Part shown: positions 27,716 to 37,737 of the stretch, piece by piece
Numbering within the stretch: position 1 is the first letter of the stretch
How the letters are laid out: each line of letters starts with the position of its first letter
From: Bacillota bacterium
GTDB lineage: Bacteria > Bacillota > Sulfobacillia > Sulfobacillales > Sulfobacillaceae
DNA length: 64,000 nt
Reading direction: 5' to 3'
NCBI GenBank assembly: GCA_021841025.1
Contig: JAKBWA010000107.1
Location: forward strand, 22,674 to 86,673
Made by a program: the position numbers and the translations under genes
Notes under the pieces: generated by a model
Databases searched by the model: none
Seen by the model: only the letters and a program-made list of their open reading frames with translations
What the model was told of the DNA's origin: nothing

Positions 27716-28513
27716 ATGACGCAGTGGGTGCAGCAAGATGCCCGTTTTGTCAAATGGGAAGTCGACGAGGGTATACACGCTATTTTTACTACCCGCCAAG
27801 GTGGGGTGTCGGCTCCTCCGTTTCATTCTTTGAATCTTTCTTTTAACGTTAAGGATTCGTCGACGGCTGTCACCGAAAACCGTTATCGGGCCATGGGAAT
27901 CCTAGGTCGGACTGTGGGCGAGTTGGTCATGGCTGAACAGATTCATGGTAGAGGGGTAGGATGGGCCGAGATTGCCGATGCGTCTAGGGGCGCCTTCAGT
28001 GCAAATGATGCCTTGCCGGAATGGGATGGTCTTCTGACCCGGCATAGCGATATCGTTTTGGGGATGGGGTTTGCGGACTGTGTCCCCATTTTTCTGGCTG
28101 TGCCCACTCGCCATATCGTGGGTATTTTACATGCCGGATGGCGAGGAACAATCAAGGGAGTCCAAGTTAACGCTATGGCGCTGTTAAGAGAGCAAGGAAT
28201 TGAGCCCAAAGAAATTAGGGTCGGTATCGGTCCTTCGATTGGCCCCTGTTGCTATGAAGTGGATGATGCGGTAGCTACCCAATTTTCTAAGAAGCTTGGA
28301 AGCCAAAGTGTCTTAGTTCCTTCTCGAGATGGACACTATCTCCTTGATTTGTGGGAAGCGAATCGAGAACAATTGGTTCGCGCAGGCGTTTTGGAAACGA
28401 ATATCGACATTTCCCGACTCTGCACGGCTTGTCATGAAGACCGGTTCTTCTCTTATCGGCGCGACCAGGGAAGGTGCGGTCGTATGGGAGGTTTTATATG
28501 TATGAGTCGATAA
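27716..28513 (+). CDS. pgeF: PgeF/YfiH (YlmD) laccase-domain purine nucleoside phosphorylase
   Basis: FTTRQGGVS, EQIHG, FADCVP, HAGWRG, GPSIGPCCYEV, CTAC...FFSYRRD. Confidence 0.93.
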   Translation: MTQWVQQDARFVKWEVDEGIHAIFTTRQGGVSAPPFHSLNLSFNVKDSSTAVTENRYRAMGILGRTVGELVMAEQIHGRGVGWAEIADASRGAFSANDALPEWDGLLTRHSDIVLGMGFADCVPIFLAVPTRHIVGILHAGWRGTIKGVQVNAMALLREQGIEPKEIRVGIGPSIGPCCYEVDDAVATQFSKKLGSQSVLVPSRDGHYLLDLWEANREQLVRAGVLETNIDISRLCTACHEDRFFSYRRDQGRCGRMGGFICMSR

Positions 28514-29196
28514 GAGACAATGTTCAGCGAGTGCTTGAGGTTATCGCCAAAATGCGTCCTGGTGAAGATGTGAAACTGATGGCTGTAACTAAAACGCGGA
28601 CACTCCAGGAAGCCCAGGCGGCGATAGAAGCGGGTGCTCATCTTTTAGGCGAAAACAAAGCGCAGGAGGCTAGAAGTAAATACCTTGAGAAGCCAGCAGT
28701 TCCCTTGCACATGATTGGACATCTGCAGACCAACAAGGTAAAATATGCTATAAATCTTTTTGACGGCATTGACAGTATTGACAATGAACGGGTAGCCGAC
28801 GTCTTGAACCGACGGTTAAATGTAAGGCTGCCTGTGATGATCGAAGTCAACGGGGGTAAAGAAGCAACCAAGACCGGATTATTTTTCGAGGACGTAAAGC
28901 CGTTTTTGGCGAAAGCAGAGCAGTGGCATAATTTGCTCTTCGTGGGGATGATGGTACTCTTTCCGGCATCAGCAGACAAAAGTTCCGAGGAAAAGAAAAA
29001 AATTCGTGATCTGATGAAGGAAACTGGCGAATTATGGCGAACTTCTCAACAAGAGGGATTTCCCTGGGCACCTCTAAGGGAATTATCTATGGGAATGTCC
29101 CAGGATTTTGAGTGGGCTCTGGAAGCAGGCAGTACGATGATTCGCTTGGGTACTGAGCTTTTTGGAGCAAGGCCAAAGAACACGAGTGTAATATGA
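28498..29196 (+). CDS. yggS: PLP homeostasis protein YggS/YlmE
   Basis: LMAVTK, GENKAQE, HMIGHLQTNKVK, LSMGMSQDFE, MIRLGTELFG. Confidence 0.94.
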   Translation: MYESIRDNVQRVLEVIAKMRPGEDVKLMAVTKTRTLQEAQAAIEAGAHLLGENKAQEARSKYLEKPAVPLHMIGHLQTNKVKYAINLFDGIDSIDNERVADVLNRRLNVRLPVMIEVNGGKEATKTGLFFEDVKPFLAKAEQWHNLLFVGMMVLFPASADKSSEEKKKIRDLMKETGELWRTSQQEGFPWAPLRELSMGMSQDFEWALEAGSTMIRLGTELFGARPKNTSVI

Positions 29197-29209
29197 GGAG
29201 GGCATCGGA

Positions 29210-29647
29210 GTGAAATCAGGTATCGTCGGGAAATTTCTCAATTTTGTCGGGCTCGAAGAGGTCCAAGAGGAGGAATTGGACACCCAAGAAGTCGCTGCGG
29301 CTTCCGACTGGGAAGATGAAGTGCCCCAGAAGAAACGCGGCAGTATTGTCAGCTTGCCCGGTTCTCGTGGATTTCGAGTCGTAGTCATGCACCCCAGGAC
29401 CTTAGAAGACGGTCAAGCCATTGCTGACCAAGTCAAAGGGCGCAGGCCTGTTATTGTTAATCTGGATTTAGCCGAAGAACGTGCGGGTCAAAGGCTGCTC
29501 AATTTCTTGTCTGGTGTTGCCTATGCTCTCGACGGCGGGTTGCGCCGGGTAGGGGACAACATTTTCTTGATCACGCCTAATAACGTAGAGGTCGCCAGCG
29601 AAGATCACGATGATACGCCAGGATGGACTCGGAGCTTAAATAAGTGA
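29210..29647 (+). CDS. sepF: Cell division protein SepF
   Basis: AQAIAD-like segment, PVIVNL, QRLLNFLSGVAYALDG, IFLITPNNVEV. Confidence 0.93.
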   Translation: MKSGIVGKFLNFVGLEEVQEEELDTQEVAAASDWEDEVPQKKRGSIVSLPGSRGFRVVVMHPRTLEDGQAIADQVKGRRPVIVNLDLAEERAGQRLLNFLSGVAYALDGGLRRVGDNIFLITPNNVEVASEDHDDTPGWTRSLNK

Positions 29648-29934
29648 ATGTGATTTTTACGCACCTTGCAGATACAGTACACATTCTGCAGGATGTGTTT
29701 TATGTTGTGCTGATGATTCGGATTGTTGCGAGCTTTTTTCCTCCTCGGGCGGCGGGGCTGTGGGATAAAGCTGCGTATATCTCCACGCAGCTTACCGAAC
29801 CCATATTAGCCCCGATTCGCCGAAGAGTGCCGTTGGTTGGCATGTTGGATTTGTCACCATTAATTGCTTTTTTCTTAGTAGATATCGGAGCGTTTGTTTT
29901 GGTAAGGATATTTTTATATCTGGCAACGCTTTAA
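29644..29934 (+). CDS. YggT/YlmG family membrane protein
   Basis: LTEPILAPIRR, LDLSPLIA; position after sepF. Confidence 0.88.
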   Translation: MNVIFTHLADTVHILQDVFYVVLMIRIVASFFPPRAAGLWDKAAYISTQLTEPILAPIRRRVPLVGMLDLSPLIAFFLVDIGAFVLVRIFLYLATL

Positions 29935-29949
29935 GTGCGGGAGGATTTT

Positions 29950-30414
29950 ATGCCACTGACACCCTTGGATATAGTTAATAAAGAGTTTAAACATGGATTT
30001 CGCGGATACAACGAGGACGATGTCAACGAGTTTCTTGATGAAGTAGTCCGGGACTATGAAGCGCTCATTAAAGAGAATGACGAACTTAAAGAGAATACTT
30101 CCGGGATGACGGAGCGATTGGAACAGTACCGGAAATTGGAAGCCACTCTGCAAAATACACTCGTGATTGCTCAGCAAACAGCAGAAGAGGTCAAATCCGC
30201 AGCTCGAAAAGAAGCGGAATTGATTGTTCGGGAGGCCGAGGCTAAGGCCGAGGAAATTATTCGTCAGGCTGAACTTCGGGCCCGGGAGACGGAAACCCAA
30301 CTAACTCAGTTGCGTTACGAAGCCGAAAAATTTCGGGCCCAGGTGAAGAGTTTGTTGGAGTCGCAGTTACGTTTGGTGGAGACATCCTTAGTCCAAGCTG
30401 CGGTCGAAACCTAA
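29950..30414 (+). CDS. divIVA: DivIVA
   Basis: MPLTPLDIVNKEF..GFRGYNEDDVNEFLDEV plus coiled coil; SD GGAGG before ATG 29950. Confidence 0.95.
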   Translation: MPLTPLDIVNKEFKHGFRGYNEDDVNEFLDEVVRDYEALIKENDELKENTSGMTERLEQYRKLEATLQNTLVIAQQTAEEVKSAARKEAELIVREAEAKAEEIIRQAELRARETETQLTQLRYEAEKFRAQVKSLLESQLRLVETSLVQAAVET

Positions 30415-30420
30415 GAACCC

Positions 30421-30448
30421 TTGCTCTCATCGTGGAATGTGATAAAAT
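30421..30448 (+). promoter_or_regulatory. Sigma-A promoter of the ileS leader
   Basis: TTGCTC, 16 bp, TAAAAT with a TG extension. Confidence 0.55.
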
Positions 30449-30462
30449 ACGTTACACGATTA

Positions 30463-30690
30463 AAGCGATGATTGGGACACGAGTCGTGGGATTTCTGGCA
30501 TAGCGAACCGGGAAATGGTGAAAGCCGGGACGGAACCCACGACCTTATCACCCAGGAGTGCTTGAATGAACTGGAGTAGTTCGAGCCGGTTATGTCCGTT
30601 ACGCATGTGAGAGCCTCAGGCGTGAGCGCATGAGGAATAAGGGTGGTACCGCGTGTTTAACGTCCCTTGTGTGGGGGCGTTTATTTTTTG
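30463..30690 (+). ncRNA. T-box riboswitch (Ile specifier)
   Basis: T-box AATAAGGGTGGTACCGCG (~30636-30653); ATC specifier at 30547-30549 in stem I; terminator ACGTCCC...GGGGCGT plus T run before ileS. Confidence 0.93.
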
Positions 30691-30704
30691 TTGGAGGGAC
30701 ATTT

Positions 30705-33443
30705 ATGGATTACAGGGACACGTTGCATTTGCCCAGAACGTCTTTCCCCATGAAGGCGAATTTGCCTGAAAAAGAGCCACAGTGGCTCTTGGAATGGGAT
30801 GAAACGAGTCTGTATGAGACGCAGCGAAACGAGCGAGCGCATCAGCCGAAATTTGTTTTGCACGATGGTCCGCCGTATGCTAACGGGGACATTCACACGG
30901 GAACTGCACTGAACAAAATTTTGAAAGACATGATCAACCGCTACTGGTCGTTAGCCGGTCGCGATGCGGTCTATGTGCCGGGATGGGATACCCACGGGTT
31001 GCCTATTGAGATGCGGGCTTTAAAACAACTCGGCGTGTCTCAACATCAAATTGAGCCACTTGAATTGCGTGCAGAATGTGCCCGGGTTGCCCGCCATTAT
31101 ATTCAAGTTATGACCGACGAATTCAAACGTCTTGGTGTCTTAGGCGACTGGAAACATCCTTATGTAACCATGAGTTCGGAATATGAAGGTGCTCAACTCA
31201 ATGTATTTGGCGCTATGGTGGAAAAAGGTCTCATTTACCGTGATTTGCGCCCAGTGTACTGGTGTCCCCATTGTGAAACGGCTTTGGCGGAAGGGGAAAT
31301 TGAATACCACAACCACCGCTCGGACGCCATCTATGTAGCGTTTCCTGTAAAAGAAGAGGAACAAGGGCCATTGCCGAGTGGGACTAGAGCCGTGGTGTGG
31401 ACAACGACCCCGTGGACTATTCCTGCGAATGTGGCTATTTCTGTGCATCCCGAGTTAATGTATGAGGTGTTAGAAACCAAGCAAGATGGTCGTGTACTAG
31501 TCGCGCAAGAATTGGCAACCCAGTTGCTCGAGCTCATCGGTTGGGAGGTTCATCGGCGTTTTGGGCCGTGGAGCGGACGCGAATTGGAAGGTGTTCTCAC
31601 CCAACATCCTTATTTAGGCCACGACGTGCCAGTAATCCTAGGCACACACGTCACCAGTGAAAGCGGGACGGGTTTGGTTCACACGGCACCTGGGCACGGC
31701 ATGGAAGACTTTGAGGTCGGGAAAGCATACCATTTGCCTGTGGTGCAACCCATCGATGACCAGGGACGTTTCATAAAAGGGACTCCTATCGTAGAAGGCC
31801 TGTTTTATCATGAAGCTAATGGCGTAGTGATAGCAGAATTAGAGGCGACGGGACATTTAATTCACCACGAGGAATTCTCCCACCAATACGCTTATTGCTG
31901 GCGGTGCAAAAACCCAGTTATTTATCGGGCAACGAAGCAATGGTTTTTATCTGTGGACCATCTCAGGGACAATTTGATCCAAGCGAGCTATTCGGTCCAA
32001 TGGGATCCGCATTGGGGCGGAGAACGTATGCGTCAAATGATAGAGAATCGGGAAGACTGGTGTTTATCGAGACAGCGGGTTTGGGGGGTCCCGATTCCGG
32101 CCTTTTACTGTGAAGATTGTCACGAAGCGATCTTGGACGTTAGCCTGATTCGGCATGTGGCTGAGATCATCGGGCGTGAGGGATCAGATGCGTGGTGGCG
32201 GCATGGTGCGGAGTATTTTCTGCCGGAAGGCTACCGTTGTCCTCATTGTGGCAGTGATAGGCTGCGTCAGGAGCATGATATTTTTGATGTGTGGCTCGAT
32301 TCCGGGTCGAGTCAGGCGGCAGTGTTGAGGAGAACTCGCGGTTTAACTTGGCCGGCGGATCTGGTTTTGGAAGGCAATGATCAATATCGTGGTTGGTTTA
32401 ATAGTCTTCTCACGACAGCAGTAGCGGACAAAGGGGAAGCACCTTACCGAATGGTTTTGACTCATGGAATGGTTCTCGACAAGTCTGGACAGGAGATGCA
32501 TAAGTCTTTAGGAAACACTATCGATCCCATGGACATTGTTGAGCAGTATGGGGCAGACATTTTGCGACTGTGGGTGGCCAGCTCCGAATATCGTAATGAT
32601 GTGCGAATTTCGGATGAAATTCTGCGTCAATTGGCGGAAAGTTATCGAAAGATCCGCAATACCTTTCGGTTCATTTTAGGCAACCTGGGTAACCAAGATG
32701 CCTTTGATCAACCGAAAACCATTACCGACCCCTTGAACCGCTGGGTTGTCGATGTTCTTAATTCTTGGATTGGTGAAGCGCGGCAAGCCTATGAAAGTTA
32801 TGCTTTTCATCAAGTGGTTCATACTCTGGTGCGACTCGTGACCACAGAGTTGTCTAGTTTTTATTTAGATGTTATTAAAGACAGGCTTTATACGTTGGCG
32901 ATAGAGGATCCTCTTCGACAAGAAACCTTGGTGGTATTAAAGTATATGGCAGGAGTCCTGGTGCGGGCCATTTCCCCGATTTTGGTTTTTACGAGCGAGG
33001 AAATTTACCGTTATCTCCCAAAGTCATCCGACGACCCGCGGTCTGTTCATCTATTGCATTGGCCTGAAATCTGGGCCATAGGTTATGAACGTGAGGAGTC
33101 ATTGCGCATGACGCGATTATTGGACTATCGCGAAGTCATTTTAAAGACGCTGGAACAGCTTCGGGCCAACAAGACGATTGGCAATTCTTTGGCAGCAACA
33201 GTCCATTTGACCTTGCCTCAGGAAGATCCAGAACTCACCATGAGTGAGCGGCAATTGTTAACAGAAATGGTTATGGTTGCTGACTTTGACGTGGAACGGG
33301 GATCAGAACTTCTATGTGAAGCAGAGCCCACATCATGGAGTCGATGTGACAGATGCTGGCGTTATACCCCGGACGTAGGACAACATCCTGATCATTTAGA
33401 CCTGTGTGAACGATGTTATGGTGTTTTGAAAGGAAGACGGTAG
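30705..33443 (+). CDS. ileS: Isoleucyl-tRNA synthetase (type 1)
   Basis: HDGPPYANGDIHTG, PGWDTHGLPIE, WTTTPWT, GTGLVHTAPGHG, DWCLSRQR, C-terminal C-DRC...CERC zinc motif. Confidence 0.97.
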   Translation: MDYRDTLHLPRTSFPMKANLPEKEPQWLLEWDETSLYETQRNERAHQPKFVLHDGPPYANGDIHTGTALNKILKDMINRYWSLAGRDAVYVPGWDTHGLPIEMRALKQLGVSQHQIEPLELRAECARVARHYIQVMTDEFKRLGVLGDWKHPYVTMSSEYEGAQLNVFGAMVEKGLIYRDLRPVYWCPHCETALAEGEIEYHNHRSDAIYVAFPVKEEEQGPLPSGTRAVVWTTTPWTIPANVAISVHPELMYEVLETKQDGRVLVAQELATQLLELIGWEVHRRFGPWSGRELEGVLTQHPYLGHDVPVILGTHVTSESGTGLVHTAPGHGMEDFEVGKAYHLPVVQPIDDQGRFIKGTPIVEGLFYHEANGVVIAELEATGHLIHHEEFSHQYAYCWRCKNPVIYRATKQWFLSVDHLRDNLIQASYSVQWDPHWGGERMRQMIENREDWCLSRQRVWGVPIPAFYCEDCHEAILDVSLIRHVAEIIGREGSDAWWRHGAEYFLPEGYRCPHCGSDRLRQEHDIFDVWLDSGSSQAAVLRRTRGLTWPADLVLEGNDQYRGWFNSLLTTAVADKGEAPYRMVLTHGMVLDKSGQEMHKSLGNTIDPMDIVEQYGADILRLWVASSEYRNDVRISDEILRQLAESYRKIRNTFRFILGNLGNQDAFDQPKTITDPLNRWVVDVLNSWIGEARQAYESYAFHQVVHTLVRLVTTELSSFYLDVIKDRLYTLAIEDPLRQETLVVLKYMAGVLVRAISPILVFTSEEIYRYLPKSSDDPRSVHLLHWPEIWAIGYEREESLRMTRLLDYREVILKTLEQLRANKTIGNSLAATVHLTLPQEDPELTMSERQLLTEMVMVADFDVERGSELLCEAEPTSWSRCDRCWRYTPDVGQHPDHLDLCERCYGVLKGRR

Positions 33444-33911
33444 ATGTCTAGACCAACGTTGGGCATTGGCATTATTGGCTTTGCAGTGTTTGTTTCGGAC
33501 TTGATTATACAGTCCCGGATAGCCGCCATAATGGTTCCTGACCAGAGCATTCCTCTCGTGCCACCTGTCTTGTCACTGACCTATGTGTTGAACAATGGGG
33601 CCGCGTTCAGCCTATTGCGAGGAGGAACGCCCCTCTTTATTTTGGTGGCACTTGCCCTGTTGGTCGGTATCGTGGTCTATACGGCACGCCATCCCCGAAT
33701 GCCGTGGCTTATGGTCATCGCACTGGGGCTTTTAGCGGGGGGTTCAGCCGGAAACCTATGGGACCGCGTTATTTGGGGCCGGGTTATTGATTATATTCAC
33801 ATCATTGACTGGCCTGTCTTCAATTTGGCGGATTCGGCGATTGTGGTCGGTATGGGACTACTGGTCTATTACTACTGGAGGCAGGATAAACATGGAGACC
33901 TTTCCTCCTGA
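33444..33911 (+). CDS. lspA: Lipoprotein signal peptidase
   Basis: NNGAAFSL, GGSAGNLWDR, VIDYI, PVFNLADSAI. Confidence 0.96.
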   Translation: MSRPTLGIGIIGFAVFVSDLIIQSRIAAIMVPDQSIPLVPPVLSLTYVLNNGAAFSLLRGGTPLFILVALALLVGIVVYTARHPRMPWLMVIALGLLAGGSAGNLWDRVIWGRVIDYIHIIDWPVFNLADSAIVVGMGLLVYYYWRQDKHGDLSS

Positions 33912-34905
33912 CATGTATCGCATCACAGAAGATTGGTCTGGCCATCGGCTGGACCGCGTTGTTTCCCAATGGAACCCTAAATATTCGAGGACCTTTTGGC
34001 AACGGCAGATTGGGAAAGGTCGTATTCGGCTTAATGGCCGTGTCGTTAAAGCAGCGACGATTGTTCAAGAAGGTGATGTGATTACAGTCGAAGAGATCCC
34101 TCAAGACTCGGCAAAGGTTGTTCTCGTACCCACATCAGAGGACACAGGGTGGATTGTTTATCAAGATGATGACCTCCTCATTGTCAATAAACCCCGAGGG
34201 TTGGTGGTCCATCCCAGTCCGGGACATGAAGACGATAGCGTGGTTCAGCGGCTTTTGCGATGGTTGCCGGTGGACACGGAAGACTTTCGGCCGGGAGTGG
34301 TGCATCGTCTCGACCGGGATACGACAGGGTTGTTGATTTTGGCACGGACCCAAGACGCTAAGGCTAGACTTTCAGAAATGATCCAAAAGAGAGAGGTTCG
34401 CCGTGATTACATCGCGGTGGTTCATGGCCATATGACTTCTATTGATGGCGTGATCGATGCGCCGATAGGTCGTCATCCCCAGAATCGTTTGAAAATGGCA
34501 GTGGTCAATGGGGGGCGCAACGCCCGGACTCGTTACAGTACATTGGCTGTGTGGGAAAATTACAGTCTTTTGCGGCTGACCCTAGAAACTGGGAGAACTC
34601 ATCAAATTCGGGTACATCTCAGCGCCATGGGCCATCCTATAGCGGGCGACCCTTTGTATGGACCGGCGCCGTCTAAGCAGGGGCCAGGACAACTGCTGCA
34701 TGCTATGCGCATGGCCTTTGTCCATCCCTTGACGGATGTGTCATTGTGTTTTTGGGTGGACCCTCCCTTGGACTGGCGCAACGTGCCCCTGGCCAACGGA
34801 AAGAACGTCAGCATTGTCGCAGACGATGTGTTTGGCATAGGTTTTTCTTGTCCACCTCTGAGTACCCCGGACTTTCTACGGCACGTCTTAGGATTTACTG
34901 TCTGA
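33892..34905 (+). CDS. rluD: RluA/RluD-family pseudouridine synthase
   Basis: S4 domain, VNKPRGLVVHP, HRLDRDTTG, LETGRTHQIRVH, GDPLYG. Confidence 0.9.
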   Translation: METFPPDMYRITEDWSGHRLDRVVSQWNPKYSRTFWQRQIGKGRIRLNGRVVKAATIVQEGDVITVEEIPQDSAKVVLVPTSEDTGWIVYQDDDLLIVNKPRGLVVHPSPGHEDDSVVQRLLRWLPVDTEDFRPGVVHRLDRDTTGLLILARTQDAKARLSEMIQKREVRRDYIAVVHGHMTSIDGVIDAPIGRHPQNRLKMAVVNGGRNARTRYSTLAVWENYSLLRLTLETGRTHQIRVHLSAMGHPIAGDPLYGPAPSKQGPGQLLHAMRMAFVHPLTDVSLCFWVDPPLDWRNVPLANGKNVSIVADDVFGIGFSCPPLSTPDFLRHVLGFTV

Positions 34906-35838
34906 TTTGTTGTCGTGTTCAGCAATAACGGCCTGGCGCGGCGCCACTCTTGGTGAACTTTGCACAAGGGGAACAAGAGACGACATGATTTGATCCCGGA
35001 CGTCGTCGTCATTGGGAGAGGACGTTTCTACTAAAATTAGCAAAGAATAGCTCGTAGGAGTCATATCAATGATGCGTGGCGATGTGGGATAGCCCAGGTT
35101 TTCGAGAATTTTTTGTACTTGAGGCATAAATTCATGAGGATCGACAGAAATATCCACGTCAAAACGCATCCGGACGGTGCGTTTCTTGCCGGACACATTC
35201 TCCACCAAGGCCTGGATAATTGTGCCGTTGGGAACCGCCATGACAGGACCGCTGTCCGTAAGAACCGTGGTGTACATCAAAGAAATGTCCACGACATTGC
35301 CGGAGTATGTTGGCTTTGTGGATTCGTGGGGAAACGAAGGCATCAATATGGGATATTGCCAAGCCACGAAATTAATGCGGTCGCCCACCTCAAAGGGATG
35401 GAAGATGAGCAACGCAATTCCCGCAATGAGGTTGCTAAACAGTGTTTGCCCAGCGAGACCAATGACAGCCGTAACAAATGCGCCGCCAAAAACTACGGAG
35501 GAAAGCCCGACGCCAAAGGCTGCCAAGACGGCCAAAACTATCGCAAAGAACAGAAAAAGTCGAATAATGAACCGCAGGGATGTGGTGCTTTTGGCACCAA
35601 TAGTGCGGGAGGTTAATTGAAACAGGTACCGTTCCAGCAAAAATGAAATGGCACCGCCGATAAGAAGAACAATTAAAGCTTTAATAGGGTCGGCAACCGA
35701 TTTGGAAAGGTGTAATGGTCCTTTGGCGATATTAACCATGATTGCCAACAGAACGCCAATGATGAACAAGATCAGTATTAGGATGCCGGTTTTCCTCCAG
35801 AGTCTTTTTAGCTCGCCATTGTGGTTGTGATTTGCCAT
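34888..35838 (-). CDS. MscS-family mechanosensitive channel
   Basis: TM helices, GLAGQTLFSNLIAGI, PFEVGDRI, YTTVLTDSG...VPN. Confidence 0.88.
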   Translation of the reverse strand: MANHNHNGELKRLWRKTGILILILFIIGVLLAIMVNIAKGPLHLSKSVADPIKALIVLLIGGAISFLLERYLFQLTSRTIGAKSTTSLRFIIRLFLFFAIVLAVLAAFGVGLSSVVFGGAFVTAVIGLAGQTLFSNLIAGIALLIFHPFEVGDRINFVAWQYPILMPSFPHESTKPTYSGNVVDISLMYTTVLTDSGPVMAVPNGTIIQALVENVSGKKRTVRMRFDVDISVDPHEFMPQVQKILENLGYPTSPRIIDMTPTSYSLLILVETSSPNDDDVRDQIMSSLVPLVQSSPRVAPRQAVIAEHDNKSDSKS

Positions 35839-35992
35839 TTGTGCCTCCTCGTAATGACTCGATAAAAATGAAACGATTGATAACCGTCCCCAATTATAAC
35901 CGTATCACAGAAAATAAGGTGCGGAAACCCATTGGTCCATTGGAGTCATTCGGGGGCCGAACATCTGCGCCGTTTTTGATTGCGAATTGTCT

Positions 35993-36021
35993 TTGACATG
36001 AAAGGAAAGGTGGATTAATAT
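35993..36021 (+). promoter_or_regulatory. Probable pyr operon promoter
   Basis: TTGACA, 17 bp, TAATAT just upstream of the PyrR site. Confidence 0.55.
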
Positions 36022-36036
36022 AAAATTTAGGAACAC

Positions 36037-36121
36037 TTCCTTTAATACCAGTCCCGTGAGGCTGGGAAGGGGCAATGGCCGAAATATTTTGCTCTAGCCT
36101 GCGGGTGGCTAGAGCTTTTTT
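36037..36121 (+). promoter_or_regulatory. PyrR-binding loop and attenuator
   Basis: CCTTTAA...AGTCCCGTGAGGCT (ARUCCNGNGAGGYU); antiterminator GGGGCAA/TTGCTCT; terminator GCTCTAGCC/GGCTAGAGC plus T6. Confidence 0.92.
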
Positions 36122-36262
36122 GTTACGGTGCCCAATCCCTTCCTGACATGAGTCTTGTGAGGAATTTGTTGGACAAAGAACAAACATAATCTCAGCGAGT
36201 GGCCGCACAATAAGGAGAGAGACCTGGTCCGGGTGTGGCGAAAAAAGGGGGGAGGCCAAATC

Positions 36263-36820
36263 ATGAAACATAGAGCCCTTTTAATGGATGAGGATGCCAT
36301 TCGTCGTGCGTTGATGCGCATTGCTCATGAAATTGTAGAGCATAATCATGGCGTGAAGAATTTGACTTTAGTCGGTATTAGGCGACGAGGAGTGCCGCTG
36401 TCGGAACGTATTGCCGCCAATTTGATGGCCATTGAGAACGAGGCTCCTGATGTCGGGAGTCTTGATATAGGGCTGTACCGTGATGATTTGGCAAACCGTC
36501 CGTTTTCTCCAGTCAACCAGACCTCCATCCGCGCCCAGATGGTTGACAGAAAAACGATCGTCCTAGTCGATGATGTGCTCTTTACGGGGCGAACGGTCCG
36601 GGCGGCGCTTGATGCCTTGTCCGATTTTGGAAGACCCACAGCCATACAATTGGCCGTGTTAATTGACCGGGGACACAGAGAATTGCCCATTCGCGCAGAC
36701 TACGTAGGAAAAAACATCCCTACATCCCGGTTGGAGCGCATCCATGTGGAAGTCAAGGAAATCGACGGTATTGACCGAGTCTATGTGGAAAAAATGGATG
36801 TCGCGGAGGAAACAGAATAA
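36263..36820 (+). CDS. pyrR: PyrR attenuation protein/UPRTase
   Basis: [48 protein letters not shown]. Confidence 0.97.
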   Translation: MKHRALLMDEDAIRRALMRIAHEIVEHNHGVKNLTLVGIRRRGVPLSERIAANLMAIENEAPDVGSLDIGLYRDDLANRPFSPVNQTSIRAQMVDRKTIVLVDDVLFTGRTVRAALDALSDFGRPTAIQLAVLIDRGHRELPIRADYVGKNIPTSRLERIHVEVKEIDGIDRVYVEKMDVAEETE

Positions 36821-37737
36821 TGCAGGATCTGTTGGATTTAGAAAGTCTTTCCAAGCAGGATATCATAGGTTTATTGGATTTATCGCAAAATATGGTCGAA
36901 ATATTGGATAGACCTATCAAGAAAGTTCCCACCTTGCGCGGTAAAGCGATTGTAAATCTTTTTTTTGAACCCAGCACCAGAACCCGTAATTCCTTTGAAC
37001 TGGCCGCCAAATATCTGAGCGCCGATGTGATTAATGTGCAAAAGTCGGGGTCTAGTGTTGAAAAAGGTGAGACTTTATGGGATACGGCACGAAACCTGGC
37101 GGAAATGGCTGTGGATGGAGTCGTTGTTCGGCACCAAGTTTCCGGAGTTCCTCAACAGCTGGCGGATATTTTAGACGTCCCAGTGATTAATGCCGGTGAT
37201 GGAAGTCATGAGCACCCAACTCAAGGACTTTTGGATGCTCTTACCATTACCCAGGCCAAAGGGTCGTTGGCAGGTTTAAAAGTGGCCATTATTGGGGACG
37301 TGCTGCATAGCCGAGTCGCGCGTTCCGATATTTGGGTATTCTTGGCACTGGGAGCTGACGTTGTGGTGTCCGGACCTCCTGCCCTTCTACCACAGAAATA
37401 TGAAGAATTCGGTGTGGAAGTGACTGCGGATTTACACCGGGCATTAACAGACGCTGACGTCATACAAGTTTTGCGGTTGCAAAGAGAACGACAAAGTTCC
37501 AAAGAACTTCCCTCGCTTTGGGAATACCATTTGCGATGGGGAATTACGAGTCATAGCCTGTCTTGGGCACACCCAGATGCTATTGTTCTTCACCCGGGTC
37601 CTCAAAATCGGGGAGTTGAAATTGATTCGGAGATTATTGAATCATCTCGATCGCGGATATTGCCACAGGTACGCAACGGGGTTGCCGTGCGGATGGCTGT
37701 TTTGTTCCGTTTATTAGGGGGTGGGCATGATGAGTAG
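36820..37737 (+). CDS. pyrB: Aspartate carbamoyltransferase catalytic subunit
   Basis: FFEPSTRT, NAGDGSHEHPTQ, HSRVARS, HPGPQNRG. Confidence 0.97.
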   Translation: MQDLLDLESLSKQDIIGLLDLSQNMVEILDRPIKKVPTLRGKAIVNLFFEPSTRTRNSFELAAKYLSADVINVQKSGSSVEKGETLWDTARNLAEMAVDGVVVRHQVSGVPQQLADILDVPVINAGDGSHEHPTQGLLDALTITQAKGSLAGLKVAIIGDVLHSRVARSDIWVFLALGADVVVSGPPALLPQKYEEFGVEVTADLHRALTDADVIQVLRLQRERQSSKELPSLWEYHLRWGITSHSLSWAHPDAIVLHPGPQNRGVEIDSEIIESSRSRILPQVRNGVAVRMAVLFRLLGGGHDE

